DNA from: Eledone cirrhosa
Lineage: Eukaryota
Reading direction: 5' to 3'
Assembly: GCA_964016885.1 (NCBI GenBank)
Contig: OZ024741.1
Location: forward strand, 233,430,001 to 233,494,000
DNA length: 64,000 nt
In this document: positions 51,320-63,719 of the stretch, piece by piece
Layout: each line of letters starts with the position of its first letter
Position numbering within the stretch: the first letter of the stretch is position 1
Made by a program: the position numbers and the translations under genes
The notes under the pieces: generated by a model
Told to the model about the DNA's origin: nothing
Databases searched by the model: none
What the model saw: the letters and a program-made list of their open reading frames with translations, nothing else

Positions 51320-52120
51320 TATGTTTCACCAAATGAGTCTCAGAAGGATAGCTGGAATTGACCAAAGAAACCATGTAAATGACATCAAGGTTCTTGAAAG
51401 AACACACTGTGAAAGCATTGAATCTCTGATTCTAAAACAGGCTGAGAAGGATTGGTCACAGGGTCCACAGGGATGACAGCCTTCTTCCTAAGAGGGTATT
51501 GCATGGGGAACTGGCCAGTGGAAAGTGACTACCTCATAAGCCCTGAAAGAGATATTAGGACTGTCTTAAAGAGTCACTTATATGAGTTAACATCAAAATT
51601 GCAATATGGCAAACTGAAGCCTTTGATAGAAGTAAATGAAGAGAAAAGGTCTAACAAGGAAAAATTGTTTTTGAGACGTCTCGAGTACATGTGAAATTCA
51701 AAAGAGATTTCAGAAAGGGTCTTGTTATCGATTTACAACTACTAATTGGTGATGTCCATGGTTTAACACATAGAATCTATAACAGATTCTATTCAGTAAG
51801 GCTACTAAAAAAAGTCATCTTCAGTCATGAATATAGAGCTCCTGCTGATTACCAAATTGCCATGGCTAGAAATACAACATAAATATGCAGAACCTGTGGG
51901 AAAAAATGCTGGTCTGCTGGTGACCTAAAGAGGCACATCGAGTTTATAATGAGCCTAGAAGAGGCCAATAATGTTATATTGAGAGCGTTGCACACCTGCC
52001 ACCTCTGTGTAAAACACTGAAAGTCACTTGCAGCCTAAAAAGCCATATCTATTTGCAGCACCCACAGGACTGAAGTTGATGTTTGATAGCCATACCTGAT
52101 CACGGAGTAGCTGTCATCAT
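51320..52120 (+). mobile_element. Second RTE-type family, decayed 3' part with C2H2-like fingers
   Basis: FHQMSLRRIAGI..VLERTHCESIESLIL, traces of GH..RM..LPK..GEL, CRTCGKKCWSAGDLKRH (~51885) and CHLC (~51995). Confidence 0.7.
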
Positions 52121-52751
52121 GTATGTATGTAGGCATGTGTGACTGTCTGTATATGTACATATAAATTTGTTGGTTAAAAATAGCTGACACCTCTCACTTC
52201 CGATGCGTTCTTCCTATTCTGCCATCAATAAATACAAGAATAGAATTAAGACTGACAAGAATTTAGGAAAAACAAATCAAAAGATTGTCAAGGAAGTTGG
52301 TTTCAAAAATGAAGTTACACCCAAAACAAATTTTAATAGATCACATCCTGCCAGATTTCCATATGTCAATTATCTTTTCTGCACACACTCATACACATAC
52401 CATTATCATCATCATCATCATCACATATCCCTCCCTTCTAGCAAAGGGGTTTTTACATAGCCAGTACTTAAATGGAGCTACTCATCTCTCAGATGACCTG
52501 CAGACCTGCATGTCACTTACATACAATCCAATGCTATACCAAGTGAATTTAATGACACAAACACTAAGTAGATTGTCATGCCTTTGACACAACTAAATGG
52601 GCCTCCCAATCCTTTGTTTGGCAGGTTTTCTATGCCTAACACTAACCCCTTTACAGAGTGTAATGGGTGTGTTTATCATGTAGATCACATACTCTAGGGA
52701 TACTCTAACTTTGACAACATATATATATATATATATATATACATACACATA

Positions 52752-53860
52752 TCATCACCATTTTACATCCATTTTTCCATGCTTGCATGGGTTAGACGAG
52801 TTGTCCTGTTGTGGGCAATGCCAGGTTAGGTGACCATCTCTTGCTCATACAAAACTGATTTTGGCTTGATTTCTACAGCTGGATGCCCTTCGTAATGCCA
52901 ACCTCATTTACAGTGTGGACTGGGTGCTTCTTGTCATGATACCTACACATCAGTTTCAGCCTGTACCCGTGGGAAGTCGGGTCTTCTGTATTAGTGCATA
53001 ACGTCAGAGGTCTCGCTCTTGTGTCATCGCCTTTGAGAGGCACAATTGGACAAGATCAGCTTTTATCACCTCATTCAGGTCTTCTTGGATCTCCCCACTC
53101 TAAAGCTTCTATCAGCTTTGAGTGCCCTGCACATTTTTATGCAACTATCATCCTTCATACGCATCACATGTCCATACCAATGTAATCTCCTCTCCTGCAC
53201 ACACCATTTTATTCCTCTTATGACTAGTCTCCCTCTCAATTCGTTTATGCTTTGCCATTCATGTATGTTACTATTACACATCCATCGGAGCATGCAAGCT
53301 TCATTTCTTTCCAATCTACGCAAGTCTTCTGCACACAATGCCCAGGTCACACTACCATACAACATTGCTGTCCATATGTATGCATCATACAGTCTGCCTT
53401 TCATTTTGAAAAGCCTTTTGCAGCTAGCAGTGGCAGTAGCTCCCTGAACTTCTTCCATCCTATTCTTACCCTGGCTACTGTACTTTCAGAACACCCACCT
53501 CTGCTGCTAATTCAGTCACCTAAGTAGCAGAAGCTGTCTACTGTTTCTACAGAGTCCTCCCAGAATTTGGTAGTGCTTGTTTCCTGTGGTCTTTTGCTGC
53601 TTACTGTCCTGGTGCAATTGCTACATGTAAAGCCTACATTCTTAGCTAAACTTCCTGAGATCCCACTACATCTGGGTTTGCATTTGGGGCAGAGGATAGA
53701 ATTTCTACTTACACCTTTCCTATATACTGAGCAAGGTCATTTCCTTGAGGTTCTGTTTTCTCTTCTATTTAATAGGACCTTAGTCTTTATCAGGTTGACT
53801 TTGAGACCCCTTCTTTCTCGGCCCTGCTTCCATGTTTGGAATTTCTTCTCTAGTTCCACC
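52752..53860 (-). mobile_element. 5'-truncated RTE LINE, close relative of the intact copy
   Basis: High nucleotide similarity to 17264-18490. Confidence 0.95.
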
Positions 53861-53887
53861 GCTCAATCGGGAAGAGAGCAGAAATAT

Positions 53888-54058
53888 TATATTATTTAAT
53901 TATGTTTCTACATGGAATAAAAGCACCTATTCATATAAGCCCCTGAAGAAAGGTCACTAATTTGATGCCTCTTGTATTCTGGAGGTATGGTCAAATTTTT
54001 GGCCTTGAAGCCTTGGGTAACGCTTTTGTTCCATGTATGAACATAAATAAATAATATA
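53888..54058 (+). mobile_element. Small fold-back element enclosing a hammerhead-like motif with an extended stem II
   Basis: Arms 53888-53924 and 54022-54058 are reverse complementary. CTGAAGA (53943), a 57-nt hairpin, GAAG (54007) and GTA (54017). Confidence 0.65.
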
Positions 54059-54060
54059 TA

Positions 54061-54330
54061 TCATCATCATCATCATCAACATTTAATGTCTATCTTCCAC
54101 GCTAGCATGGGTTTAGACGGGGATTGTCCTACTTGAGGCAAGATTGGTCGGGTGACCATGTCTCGCTCGTATAGGGCTGTATGGCTGGATACCCTTCCTA
54201 ACACCAACCACGTTTACAGTGTGGAACTGGGAGGTTTTACCGTGTTACCTACACAGCCACATTACAGCGTGGACTGTGAGTTTATTTTGTACTGGATGTT
54301 GTGGTACCAACATAACTTTACAGAGAAAGG
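54061..54330 (-). mobile_element. RTE 3' UTR fragment
   Basis: Matches 1903-2215. Confidence 0.88.
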
Positions 54331-54467
54331 GTGGTGTTGGTGGGAGTGGAGTAGGGGTAGTGGGATGGGGTATATAAGTTTTGGATTTCGTTGGGTGGGT
54401 GAAAGGGATGGGTTGGAGGCGCAGGGAGGGGTGAGGGGACGGGGTTATGTTAGCCATCCGTGTCTGA

Positions 54468-54655
54468 AATAATTGTTTCTACTTTTGGCACAAGGCCAGC
54501 AATCACCCAGTGTATTACTGGTACTTTATTTTATCGACCCCGTAAGGATGAAAGGCAAAGTTAACCTCGGCAGGATTTGAACTCAGAATGGCAAGGGCCG
54601 TAACTCTATGCGTCAAAGCATGGCGTCCGACCCTCTACCGATACTGCGAATCCAC
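54468..54655 (-). mobile_element. Deu/Nin-like tRNA SINE (another copy at 59052-59230)
   Basis: Reverse complement of the 6487-6668 family. Confidence 0.85.
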
Positions 54656-54836
54656 GAAATAATGAGGAGTCCTTGCATTCTATGGATATAGGACCATTGA
54701 CAGAGACATTGGAATGTTGGATAGAAAGTTTTGTGGTATTCGTTCTGGCTCTCTGTGCTCTGAGTTCAGAACTCTCCGAAGTCAATAAAGAAAGTACCAG
54801 TCCAGTACTGGAGTCACTTCTCTATCTATCTATCTC

Positions 54837-54868
<32 letters not shown>

Positions 54869-54992
54869 CAAAAATGCTAACGCATGCTGTCCTTGTCTGA
54901 GTACAACCACATCCTAGACAAAGGCGTAAAAAAAGACATTGGCAAAAATGTGTTATTGATGTTGCTGTTGCAAGCATGGCGAAAAATGGGCA

Positions 54993-55041
54993 TATGATGA
55001 TGATGACGACTACGACTACGACGACTACGACTACGACGACT

Positions 55042-55073
<32 letters not shown>

Positions 55074-55091
55074 TACGACGACGATGATGAC

Positions 55092-55123
<32 letters not shown>

Positions 55124-55162
55124 TGACGATGACGATGATGATGATGATGATGATGATGATGA
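54993..55162. repeat. (GAC/GAT/TAC)n trinucleotide tract
   Basis: Directly visible. Confidence 0.95.
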
Positions 55163-55414
55163 CATAGACTCCACCCACAGTGTATGTTTTAACAGGAAAT
55201 ATGATAGTATGGTTCTGTATGAGTGTGTGTGTGAGTGTATACTTCAAGTGAGTGTATACTTCAAGATGTATGTAACATTATATAGCTTCTACACCCCTCA
55301 AGTATTTCACTCCTGCTAGTGGAATAGAGCCCAAAGGTTTTCCTTAAATATCAGTAATACACAGATTATGTGCCTAAATCAGAAACCATATATACACATT
55401 CACTCTCACATAAT

Positions 55415-55559
55415 CATATATATACATATATATATATATATATGTATGTATGTATGTATATACACACACACACATACCAATATATACATATATACATATA
55501 TATATGTATGTATATACACACACACATACCAATATATACATACAGACACAATATATGTA

Positions 55560-55632
<73 letters not shown>

Positions 55633-55691
55633 TATATATATACATATATTGTGTGTGTATGTATATATTGGTATATGTGTATATATATATA

Positions 55692-55739
<48 letters not shown>

Positions 55740-55806
55740 ATATATATATATATATACACACACACATATATATATATACATATATTGTGTGTGTATGTAT
55801 ATATTG

Positions 55807-55838
<32 letters not shown>

Positions 55839-55942
55839 GTAATATATATATATATATATACACGCACACATATATATATATACATATATTGTGTGTGTAT
55901 GTATATATTGGTATATGTGTATATATATATATATTTATATTG

Positions 55943-55973
<31 letters not shown>

Positions 55974-56007
55974 AGTATATATTGGTATATGTGTCAGTGT
56001 GTGTATA

Positions 56008-56040
<33 letters not shown>

Positions 56041-56142
56041 TGTGTCTGTATGTATATATGTATATATTGGTATATGTGTATATACATGTATATGTTTATA
56101 TTGGTATGTGTGTGTGTATATATATACATACCTACATATATA
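55415..56142. repeat. Compound (TA/CA/TG)n microsatellite with ~100-140-bp higher-order duplications
   Basis: The block tatgtaatat..cacacaca..catatattgtgtgtgtatgtatatattggtatatgtg occurs three times. Confidence 0.9.
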
Positions 56143-57107
56143 CATTAACACTCAGACATACCTCACAAGTTTCACAGTGAAACCTTATTTATTACAGTCA
56201 TTGCTAGGCTCAAATAACCACACCACACACTTTAATAACACCCTCTCTCTCTCTATCTATCTATCTATTGGACTTACTAAAGATCTATCTACTGATACTT
56301 CTCCCCCCACCCCTGTTGTTTCCATATTTTTCTCCTCTTTTCTCTCTATCACTTGCTTTCTCCAAAATATTTTCTTTCTCTATCTTTCCCCCACTCTCTC
56401 TCTCTCCCTACCCTATCTCCCACCACTTTCTCTCTATATTTCTATTTTCCTCTTTTTTTCCCCACTTTGACTCCTCCTCTCATCCCCTCTCTCAATTCTT
56501 TTACCTCTTCTTTCTTTCTCTCTCACCTCTCTCATACTCTCGTTCTCTCCAACCTTTTCCTCTCACTCTCTCTCTCTCCAACCTCTGTCTCTCTCTTCCC
56601 TCACTCTCTCACCTTCCACTCTTCCTCTCCGATACATATCTCCTACTCTCTCCAAGCTACCCCTCTCTCTCTCTCTCTCTCACCCTCCAGTCACATACAC
56701 TCACTTTCTCTCCAACCTCCTCTCGCTACAACCTTTCTCTCTCTTTCTCCCACAATTCTCCAACTGCCTCACTCGCTTACCTTCTATCTCCCTCCCCCCT
56801 CTCTCACTACCCCCTCCTACACCTTCCTCCTACTTTCTCTCTTTTGCTCCAGCCTTCCTCTTTCTCTCTCACTATTAATACTATATTGTAACTTTAAACA
56901 AGACAGCTCCTCACACTATAAATCTGTTACCTCACTTCATGTATGTATGGTTCTAATATTCCTGAAAGAACTACAAGAGGCATTCAACATGGTCATTTGT
57001 TCTGCTAGACATAGCAACTAAATCTCTCTCAAATCAAAACCTACCAACTTCCAAAAAATAGGAAGATTAAACTGGCCAACACAGTCTAGACTTAAACCAT
57101 TGACCGA

Positions 57108-57796
57108 TTTAACACCACCACCTGGTCCTTGGATGGTAGACTTAATGTGTTGCCCAGTTTAACACCACCACCTGGTCCTTGGATGGTAGACTTAATGTGT
57201 TGCCCAGTTTAACATCACCACCTGGTCCTTGGATGGTAGACTTAATGTGTTGCCCAGTTTAACACCACCACCTGGTCCTTGGATGGTAGACTTAATGTGT
57301 TGCCCAGTTTAACACCACCACCTGGTCCTTGGATGGTAGACTTAATGTGTTGCCCAGTTTAACATCACCACCTGGTCCTTGGATGGTAGACTTAATGTGT
57401 TGCCCAGTTTAACATCACCACCTGGTCCTTCGATGGTAGACTTAATGTGTTGCCCAGTTTAACATCACCACCTGGTCCTTGGATGGTAGACTTAATGTGT
57501 TGCCCAGTTTAACATCACCACCTGGTCCTTGGATGGTAGACTTAATGTGTTGCCCAGTTTAACACCACCACCTGGTCCTTGGATGGTAGACTTAATGTGT
57601 TGCCCAGTTTAACACCACCACCTGGTCCTTGGATGGTAGACTTAATGTGTTGCCTAGTTTAACATCACCACCTGGTCCTTGGATGGTAGACTTAATGTGT
57701 TGCCCAGTTTAACACCACCACCTGGTCCTTGGATGGTAGACTTAATGTGTTGCCCAGTTTAACATCACCACCTGGTCCTTGGATGGTAGACTTAAT
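57108..57796. repeat. 50-bp minisatellite, ~13.8 near-identical copies, intronic
   Basis: Unit tttaaca(c/t)caccacctggtccttggatggtagacttaatgtgttgcccag, exact 50-bp period, no spacers. Confidence 0.98.
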
Positions 57797-58019
57797 CTCT
57801 GGTAACAATAACAACAACAGCAATTATAACAGTAACAACAGCACCAATAACAACAGTAACAACAAAAGCAACAATAACTACAACAACAGCAATAATAACA
57901 ACAACAATAAGAACAACAGCCACTATAACAGTAACAATGGCCACAATAACAGAGCAACATCAACAGTAACAATAATATCAGCAACAATAACAACAACAGC
58001 AACATCAAAAACATCTTAC

Positions 58020-58526
58020 CTGAAAAGCATTTGGTATGTGTACTTTAAAAGGTACACCAGGTGCTTTACAGCCATATGGTATGCCACGTGGATCCCACAT
58101 GTAACAGCCATTCTTCCAGGGTGGGTACTGTTTAGGAAAAGGTCTAACCTCATCGGTAATTTCCTTGAAGAATATCACATAATTAAAGACATTTACCATA
58201 TTTGGACCAGCCTCATTGGTCGGCAAGGCATAGATTTGAAACTTGTAATAGCCGATCTGTGGTACAGTGATCGTATAACACATACAACCTTTCAGATTAT
58301 TTACCATAACCAAGTTTGGATTGTCCTGGCCACCAGAATTACACAACAACAGTTTAGTTGTGAATCGAGTAGGCTGGCTGTATCCAATGACAATCTCCAC
58401 AGCATTGCCATCCACTTCCAGCAGAGCCTCTGGGTGTGATATTGTTGACAAACCAATTTCATTAAATTTTGCCTGCACTCCCAAATAACCATTGCTGATT
58501 TTGGGTTTTGGAATTGAGTCAGCCAT
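58020..58526 (-). CDS. Short hillarin/KY C-terminal-module gene, first coding exon
   Basis: GYLGVQAKFNEIGLSTISHP..GYYKFQIYALP..VFNY..PFPKQYPPWKNGCYMWDP..FKVHIPNAFQ|gtaag aligns with the last third of the + strand gene. An in-frame TAA lies 4 codons before the ATG, and an acceptor-like ttattcttgcag is at 58714. Confidence 0.92.
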
Positions 58527-58986
58527 ATCAGTCTTTTAGTTGGTACGTAAGTAAATAGTTAGGTTGGTAGGTTCAGGTGGTGGTGAAGATATCTATGATA
58601 CTACAGATGACAGTGAAGATATTTGAGATATTACAGGTAGATTGTTCAGATGATGTTGTAAATATTTCATGTACAAGTAGATTTTTCAGGTGATGATCAA
58701 GATATCTGGGATGCTGCAAGAATAAATTTAAGTTCTTTTTAGAGTTAATGCTTTTTTTTGTTTGTTTTGTTACTTATTTTATTTTTAATACATAAGTATA
58801 CATGTGTATACATGTGTACATTTGTGTATGTGTATTTATACATATGCTGGCATGGATTGGATAATAATGTTTTTATGCAGAATCCTATGGACAGATACAC
58901 CAACCCTCATGGATCTTCATATGTCTAACCAGTGACTCACCTGACTTCTGTTTATGGAGGACATAAACAAGCATCCTTACCTACTT

Positions 58987-59024
<38 letters not shown>

Positions 59025-59634
59025 CCTCTCTGCATGTGTGTGCATATATATAATAATTGTTTCTACTTTTGGCACAAGGCCAGCAAGTATCCCAGTGTAT
59101 TACTGGTACTTTATTTTATCGACCCCGTAAGGATGAGAGGCAAAGTTAACCTCGGCGGGATTTGAACTCAGACCATAAAGGGCCGTAACTCTTTGCTGCA
59201 AAGCATGGCATCCGACCCTCTACCGATACTGTCACAAGGGTTGACATAAAGTATACCATTATAATAATAATAATAATTGTTTCTACTTTAGGCACAAGGT
59301 CAGCAATTACCCAGTGCATTACTGGTACTTTATTTATAATAATAATAATAATGATGAAATTATTGTGTACAGTGCTCAGGTGCACTACAAAAATAATTAG
59401 TAAGCAGTATTGAACCCAAGACCAGGACCCCCATCGTCTCTAATACCTACCACTAGACCACCGAGATATATATCCATATGTGGTTGACAGCTGAGAGAAA
59501 TGAGTACTCAATAGCTAAGTAGAGTTTTGATATCCAAGGCTAAAAAGTGAGTCTTGTTACTCTGGCGAAACTCCAGAGTAACAAGACTCCCTTTTTAGCC
59601 TTCATAATAATAATAATAATAATAATATATGTCA

Positions 59635-59797
59635 CTGTAAATGGGGTTGGTGTTAGGAAGGGCATCCAGCTTCAGAAATCAAGCCAGAGTCAGTTCCCGT
59701 ATGAGCTAGACAAGATCAGCCGACTGGACACTGCCCACAACAGGACAACCCGTCTAACCCATGCTAGCATGGAAGAACGGACGTAAAACAGTGATGA

Positions 59798-59800
<3 letters not shown>
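59635..59800 (+). mobile_element. RTE 3' end fragment
   Basis: Reverse complement of 17270-17435. Confidence 0.88.
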
Positions 59801-59843
<43 letters not shown>

Positions 59844-59850
<7 letters not shown>

Positions 59851-60100
59851 AGAAAAAAAGAGAATCAGTGGTGCAACAAATGGAATTTATTGGACATATT
59901 ACAATCGTTTCTCTGGCGACCAGCTCCTATAGGAAAATCTGTTTCGTAGAATCAAGACGTATCTGAGGACCTTGCGATTTTCAGAGTCAGGTTCGATCAT
60001 CAAATCGATCGTGCCTCGAGCTGGTCGTCAGAGAAACGATTGTAATATGTCCAATAAATTCCATTTGTCGCAACACTGATTCTCTTTTTTTCTGTGATAT
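59844..60100. mobile_element. Fold-back element (83-bp arms, 91-bp spacer) containing a hammerhead
   Basis: 59844-59926 is the reverse complement of 60018-60100, adjacent to (TA)n. Confidence 0.8.
59956..60051 (+). ncRNA. Type-I hammerhead motif with a 63-nt stem II region
   Basis: Stem I gacgtat/atatgtc (7 bp, one GU), CTGAGGA (59963-59969), GAAA (60033-60036), c-gatt-g, a GUA triplet, then AATAAA. Confidence 0.7.
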
Positions 60101-60187
60101 CATATTCTGCTCTATGAGAGCATCGAGTGCTCATACGGCCTACCGCATACGGACGGTTTAAGCATCCAACACCTATTATATATATAT

Positions 60188-60237
<50 letters not shown>

Positions 60238-60483
60238 TGCAAAAACACATAGTCTTATTAGGTTCATGTTTGGGAAGAAGTAAATGAGGGTTTCAACATA
60301 TGAAACACAGGCATTCTAACATTCTATGCAAAGATGCTTGAATCCTCAATTATCCTTCACTTCCTCCCTCTTGTCATTCAGCTCATTGCCATATTTCATT
60401 TTACATTCGTTTAAATCAATTACAATAATTTTCTTCCATATTTTTCATATATTCACTAAATTATGAGGAATTTTTTCTATCTA

Positions 60484-60829
60484 TCATCATCATCATCATT
60501 TCATTTTACGTCCGCTTCTTCCCTGCTTGCAAGGGTGGGACGGGAACTGATTTTGGCTTGATTTCTACAGCTGGATGCCCTTCCTAACACCAACCTCATT
60601 TACAGTGAGTGCTGTGTGCTTTTTTGCCGTGTCACCTGCACGACCACTTTACAGTGGAATGATAGGGACCCCAGTCCCTATCATCTCATTTCTACAGCTG
60701 AGTAAACTGGAGCAATGTGAAATAAAGTGTCTTGCTCAAGGAAACAACACATCACCCGGTCTGAGAATTGAACTCACAACCTTTCGATTGCAAGGCCAAT
60801 GCTCTAACCACTAAGCCATGTGCCTCCAT
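60484..60829 (-). mobile_element. Complete tRNA-CORE SINE with RTE-derived tail
   Basis: The minus strand reads ggaggcacatggcttagtggttagagc (A box), gagttcaattc (B box), a CORE-like segment, the hairpin atgatagggac-tggg-gtccctatcat, then the RTE 3' end and (GAT)n. Confidence 0.9.
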
Positions 60830-61888
60830 GCCTATCTATATAACTATCTATCTTCAAACTTTTTCGGGGGTGTGTGCGACCCCCTAAAGCGCCTCCTCCC
60901 TATTGAGGATTTTGTTATTCAATTTATTTTTGTTATATTTTATATTTTTATATTTTTATATTTTTATATCTTGTTATTGCCTCCTCCTTAGTGAGGACGC
61001 CTTTTTATGTAAACGCCCCCCATTGTACTTGTCCCACTCTTTGACGCCCTGGTGGCAAATAAAAAGAAAGTTATCTATCTTCAAACTTCCTGCATTTTTA
61101 TTATTGTTTTTGTCCAGGGAGGGAGGGAGAGGGGAGGGGGGGGGGGGGAGTTAGATCAAAAGACAGATAGAGAGAGATAGATAGGTAAAACAGACAGACA
61201 AACAAACAGACAATCAGACACACATGTAGATAGACAGATATAGATAGACAGATAAGTTGACAAACAATCAGTCAGTAAAACATAGATAATATGCTCATAT
61301 ATATATATAGGTAGATAGCTATAGAAGGTGGGTATGTCTTGTCAACACTATGTGTGATAGAGGTGGGAAGGGAGGAAGATATCACAGCACATATATTCAC
61401 AAATTACCACTTCCCAAACAAATCTATCACTAAATGGTTATCATCATCATCACCATCATCTTTGTTTAACAGCCATTTTCCACTAACGTCCATTTTCCAC
61501 GCTAGCATGGGTTATCACTTTTGCTTTTTATTATAAAAGATATATATATATGTATGTGTGTGTATGTGTATAAAGAGAGAGTGTGTGTATCTGTGTGTGT
61601 GTGGGTGCGTGTATAAGTGTGTATTTGTACATGTGTGTGCTGTTTTCTTTTCTATATATGTTTTTTTTATATATGTTGAATGTTGACAGATATTTACAAT
61701 TGTACACTGACACAGCTGTATAAATTTCTGTATGAATGTATATATATATATATGTATATATATTATACATTTATGCCTTATCAGACTTTATCCAAATACA
61801 GATATTCAGGGGAGTGTGAATAGTGAATGGTGACTATTTCTTACACATATACACACACAAACTTACATTTATATGTTTGTATATATAG

Positions 61889-61944
<56 letters not shown>

Positions 61945-61949
<5 letters not shown>

Positions 61950-62262
61950 ACCCCGTTCTATGTAAAGTTATGTTGGTGCCACACCATCCAGGCCGAAACA
62001 AATGAGATCGTGTAGGTGTCACGACAAAAAAACACACAGTCCACGCTGTAATGTGGCCGTGTAGGCAACACGGTAAAAACCTCCCAGACCCACACTGTAA
62101 ATGTGGTTGGTGTTAGGAAGGGCATCCAACTGTAGAAAACCTGCCAGACAGTCCTATGCGAGCAAGACAATCACTCTTGCCTCAAGTGGGACTACCCCCG
62201 TCCAAACCCATGCAAGCGTGGAACACGGACGTTAAACGTTGATGATGATGATGATGATGATA
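61945..62262 (+). mobile_element. RTE 3' UTR fragment (an opposite-strand one follows at 62285-62445)
   Basis: Matches 32300-32597. Confidence 0.88.
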
Positions 62263-62469
62263 TGTATGTATATATATATATATATCATCATCATCATCAC
62301 CGTTTTACATACGCTAGCATGGGGTTAGATGGGTTGTCCTGCTGTGGGCAGTGTCAGGTCGTCTGACCTTGTCTTGCTCATACGGGAACTGATTCTGGCT
62401 TAATTTCTACAGCTGGATGCCCTTCCTAACACCAACCTCATTTACATGTATGTATATATACATACATAG

Positions 62470-62810
62470 TAAGTTTTGTCCTTAGGGCATCAACATACGT
62501 TAACCTTGGTCTTCCTCTTCTAGTGTGTCCATGTAGGGGCTCCCAAAGGAGCACTGAGTGCAATGTCAACTCTGGATGTCGGTGAGCATGTCCAGCTAAC
62601 CTCAGTCTCCTCTGTGTCACTTTTGAGCTGACTTTTGGGATGCTCCCATACAGCTCTGAGTTTTTCATCCTCAGTGTATACTGATTAATGTTCAGAGCCA
62701 TCCTCAGCATTCCTGTTGGAGACGCAGGACATGGCAGCGATAATGAGGGACAGAGACCGCTGGAGAGAACTCGTCCATGGATCTCGGGAATTTTACCCAC
62801 CTTAGATAGA
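62470..62810 (-). mobile_element. 3' fragment of a third RTE-like LINE family, locally rearranged
   Basis: MLRMALNI..ELYGSIPKVSSKVTQRRLRLAGHAHRHPE..VLLWEP..RRGRPRLTYVDAL. Confidence 0.8.
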
Positions 62811-62879
62811 TAGATAGATAGTAAGTTTGTCCTTAAAGTAAGGGTACTGGTGATTTATCTAAATATATATTAGATGTAC

Positions 62880-63600
62880 ATGAAATTATAAGTTATCTCC
62901 TTCAAAATACGACCCTTGGGCAGTCATACAGTAGTTCCAACGTTTTTTCCATCAATCGTAGCAGTGCTGGAAGTCATTTTTCTGTGAATGTCCTTAAGTC
63001 CTTAGCTTGACACTTACAATTTTTTGTATGTTTTCCACAGTCCCAAAATAATGGCCCATTCGATTTCGATTTCAACTTAGGGAAATGGTAGAAATCCCAT
63101 AGTGCTAGATCTGGGCTGTAGAGAGGATGTGGAAGAGTGGGAATGTTTTTCTTTACCAGAAATTCTCTAATTGAAAGTGGTGTGAACAGGCATGACATCT
63201 TTGTAGAAGGTGCAATTAACTATCTGCCTTGGATGTAAAAATTCTTTCTTTATGAACAATGTCATGGATGTTGAAAAAATGATAATCATCATTTTGTTCA
63301 ATTGTTTTCGAGATTGGCCTTCCAGAACAAGGTTCATCTTCAATGTTTGGCCCTCTTTGAAAGATTTGTACTATTTAAAAACCTTACTTCTCAATAGAGC
63401 AGCATCTCCATAAGTTTGTATTAAAGAATTAAGTGTTTCAGTGGCAGATTGTTGAGTTTCACTCAAAAATGATTGGGCACCATTCGATATTTTCCTGCAA
63501 ACATCTGTATATAAACAGCTATAACTCACAACTGACTCAGTCGATCATGTTGAAACAAGTATGTATGTGCAGCCAGCGTCTTAACCAACACTCCTATATA
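62880..63600 (-). mobile_element. Mariner transposon remnant
   Basis: REFLVKKNIPTLPHPLYSPDLALWDFYHFPKLK (the YSPDL motif) and a C-terminal FQHCYD*WKKRWNYC..GSYFEGD trace. Confidence 0.85.
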
Positions 63601-63719
63601 CATCAATAAGGTGCTACATTACTATGTCATACATAGGAAAATCAGTACTCTTACTTTTAGGATAAACCTCATGTATCATCATCATCATCATCATCATTTA
63701 ACGTCTATCTTCCACACTA

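Noticed and set aside
55368-56891. Long ORFs of 200-270 aa (YI-rich and LS-rich)
   Set aside because: They are translations of (TA)n, (CA)n and (CT)n microsatellites. The same applies to ORFs at 5266-5694, 12396-14371 and 54822-55247.
57108-57796. CRISPR-like regular array
   Set aside because: Units are contiguous and near-identical with no unique spacers, there are no cas genes, and the context is a eukaryotic intron.
57729-58439. 236-aa plus-strand Asn-rich ORF
   Set aside because: Made up of the minisatellite end, an (AAC)n tract and the antisense of the real minus-strand exon.
60755-60829. tRNA gene
   Set aside because: A and B boxes are present, but the sequence continues into the CORE and RTE tail in multiple copies, so it is a SINE head.
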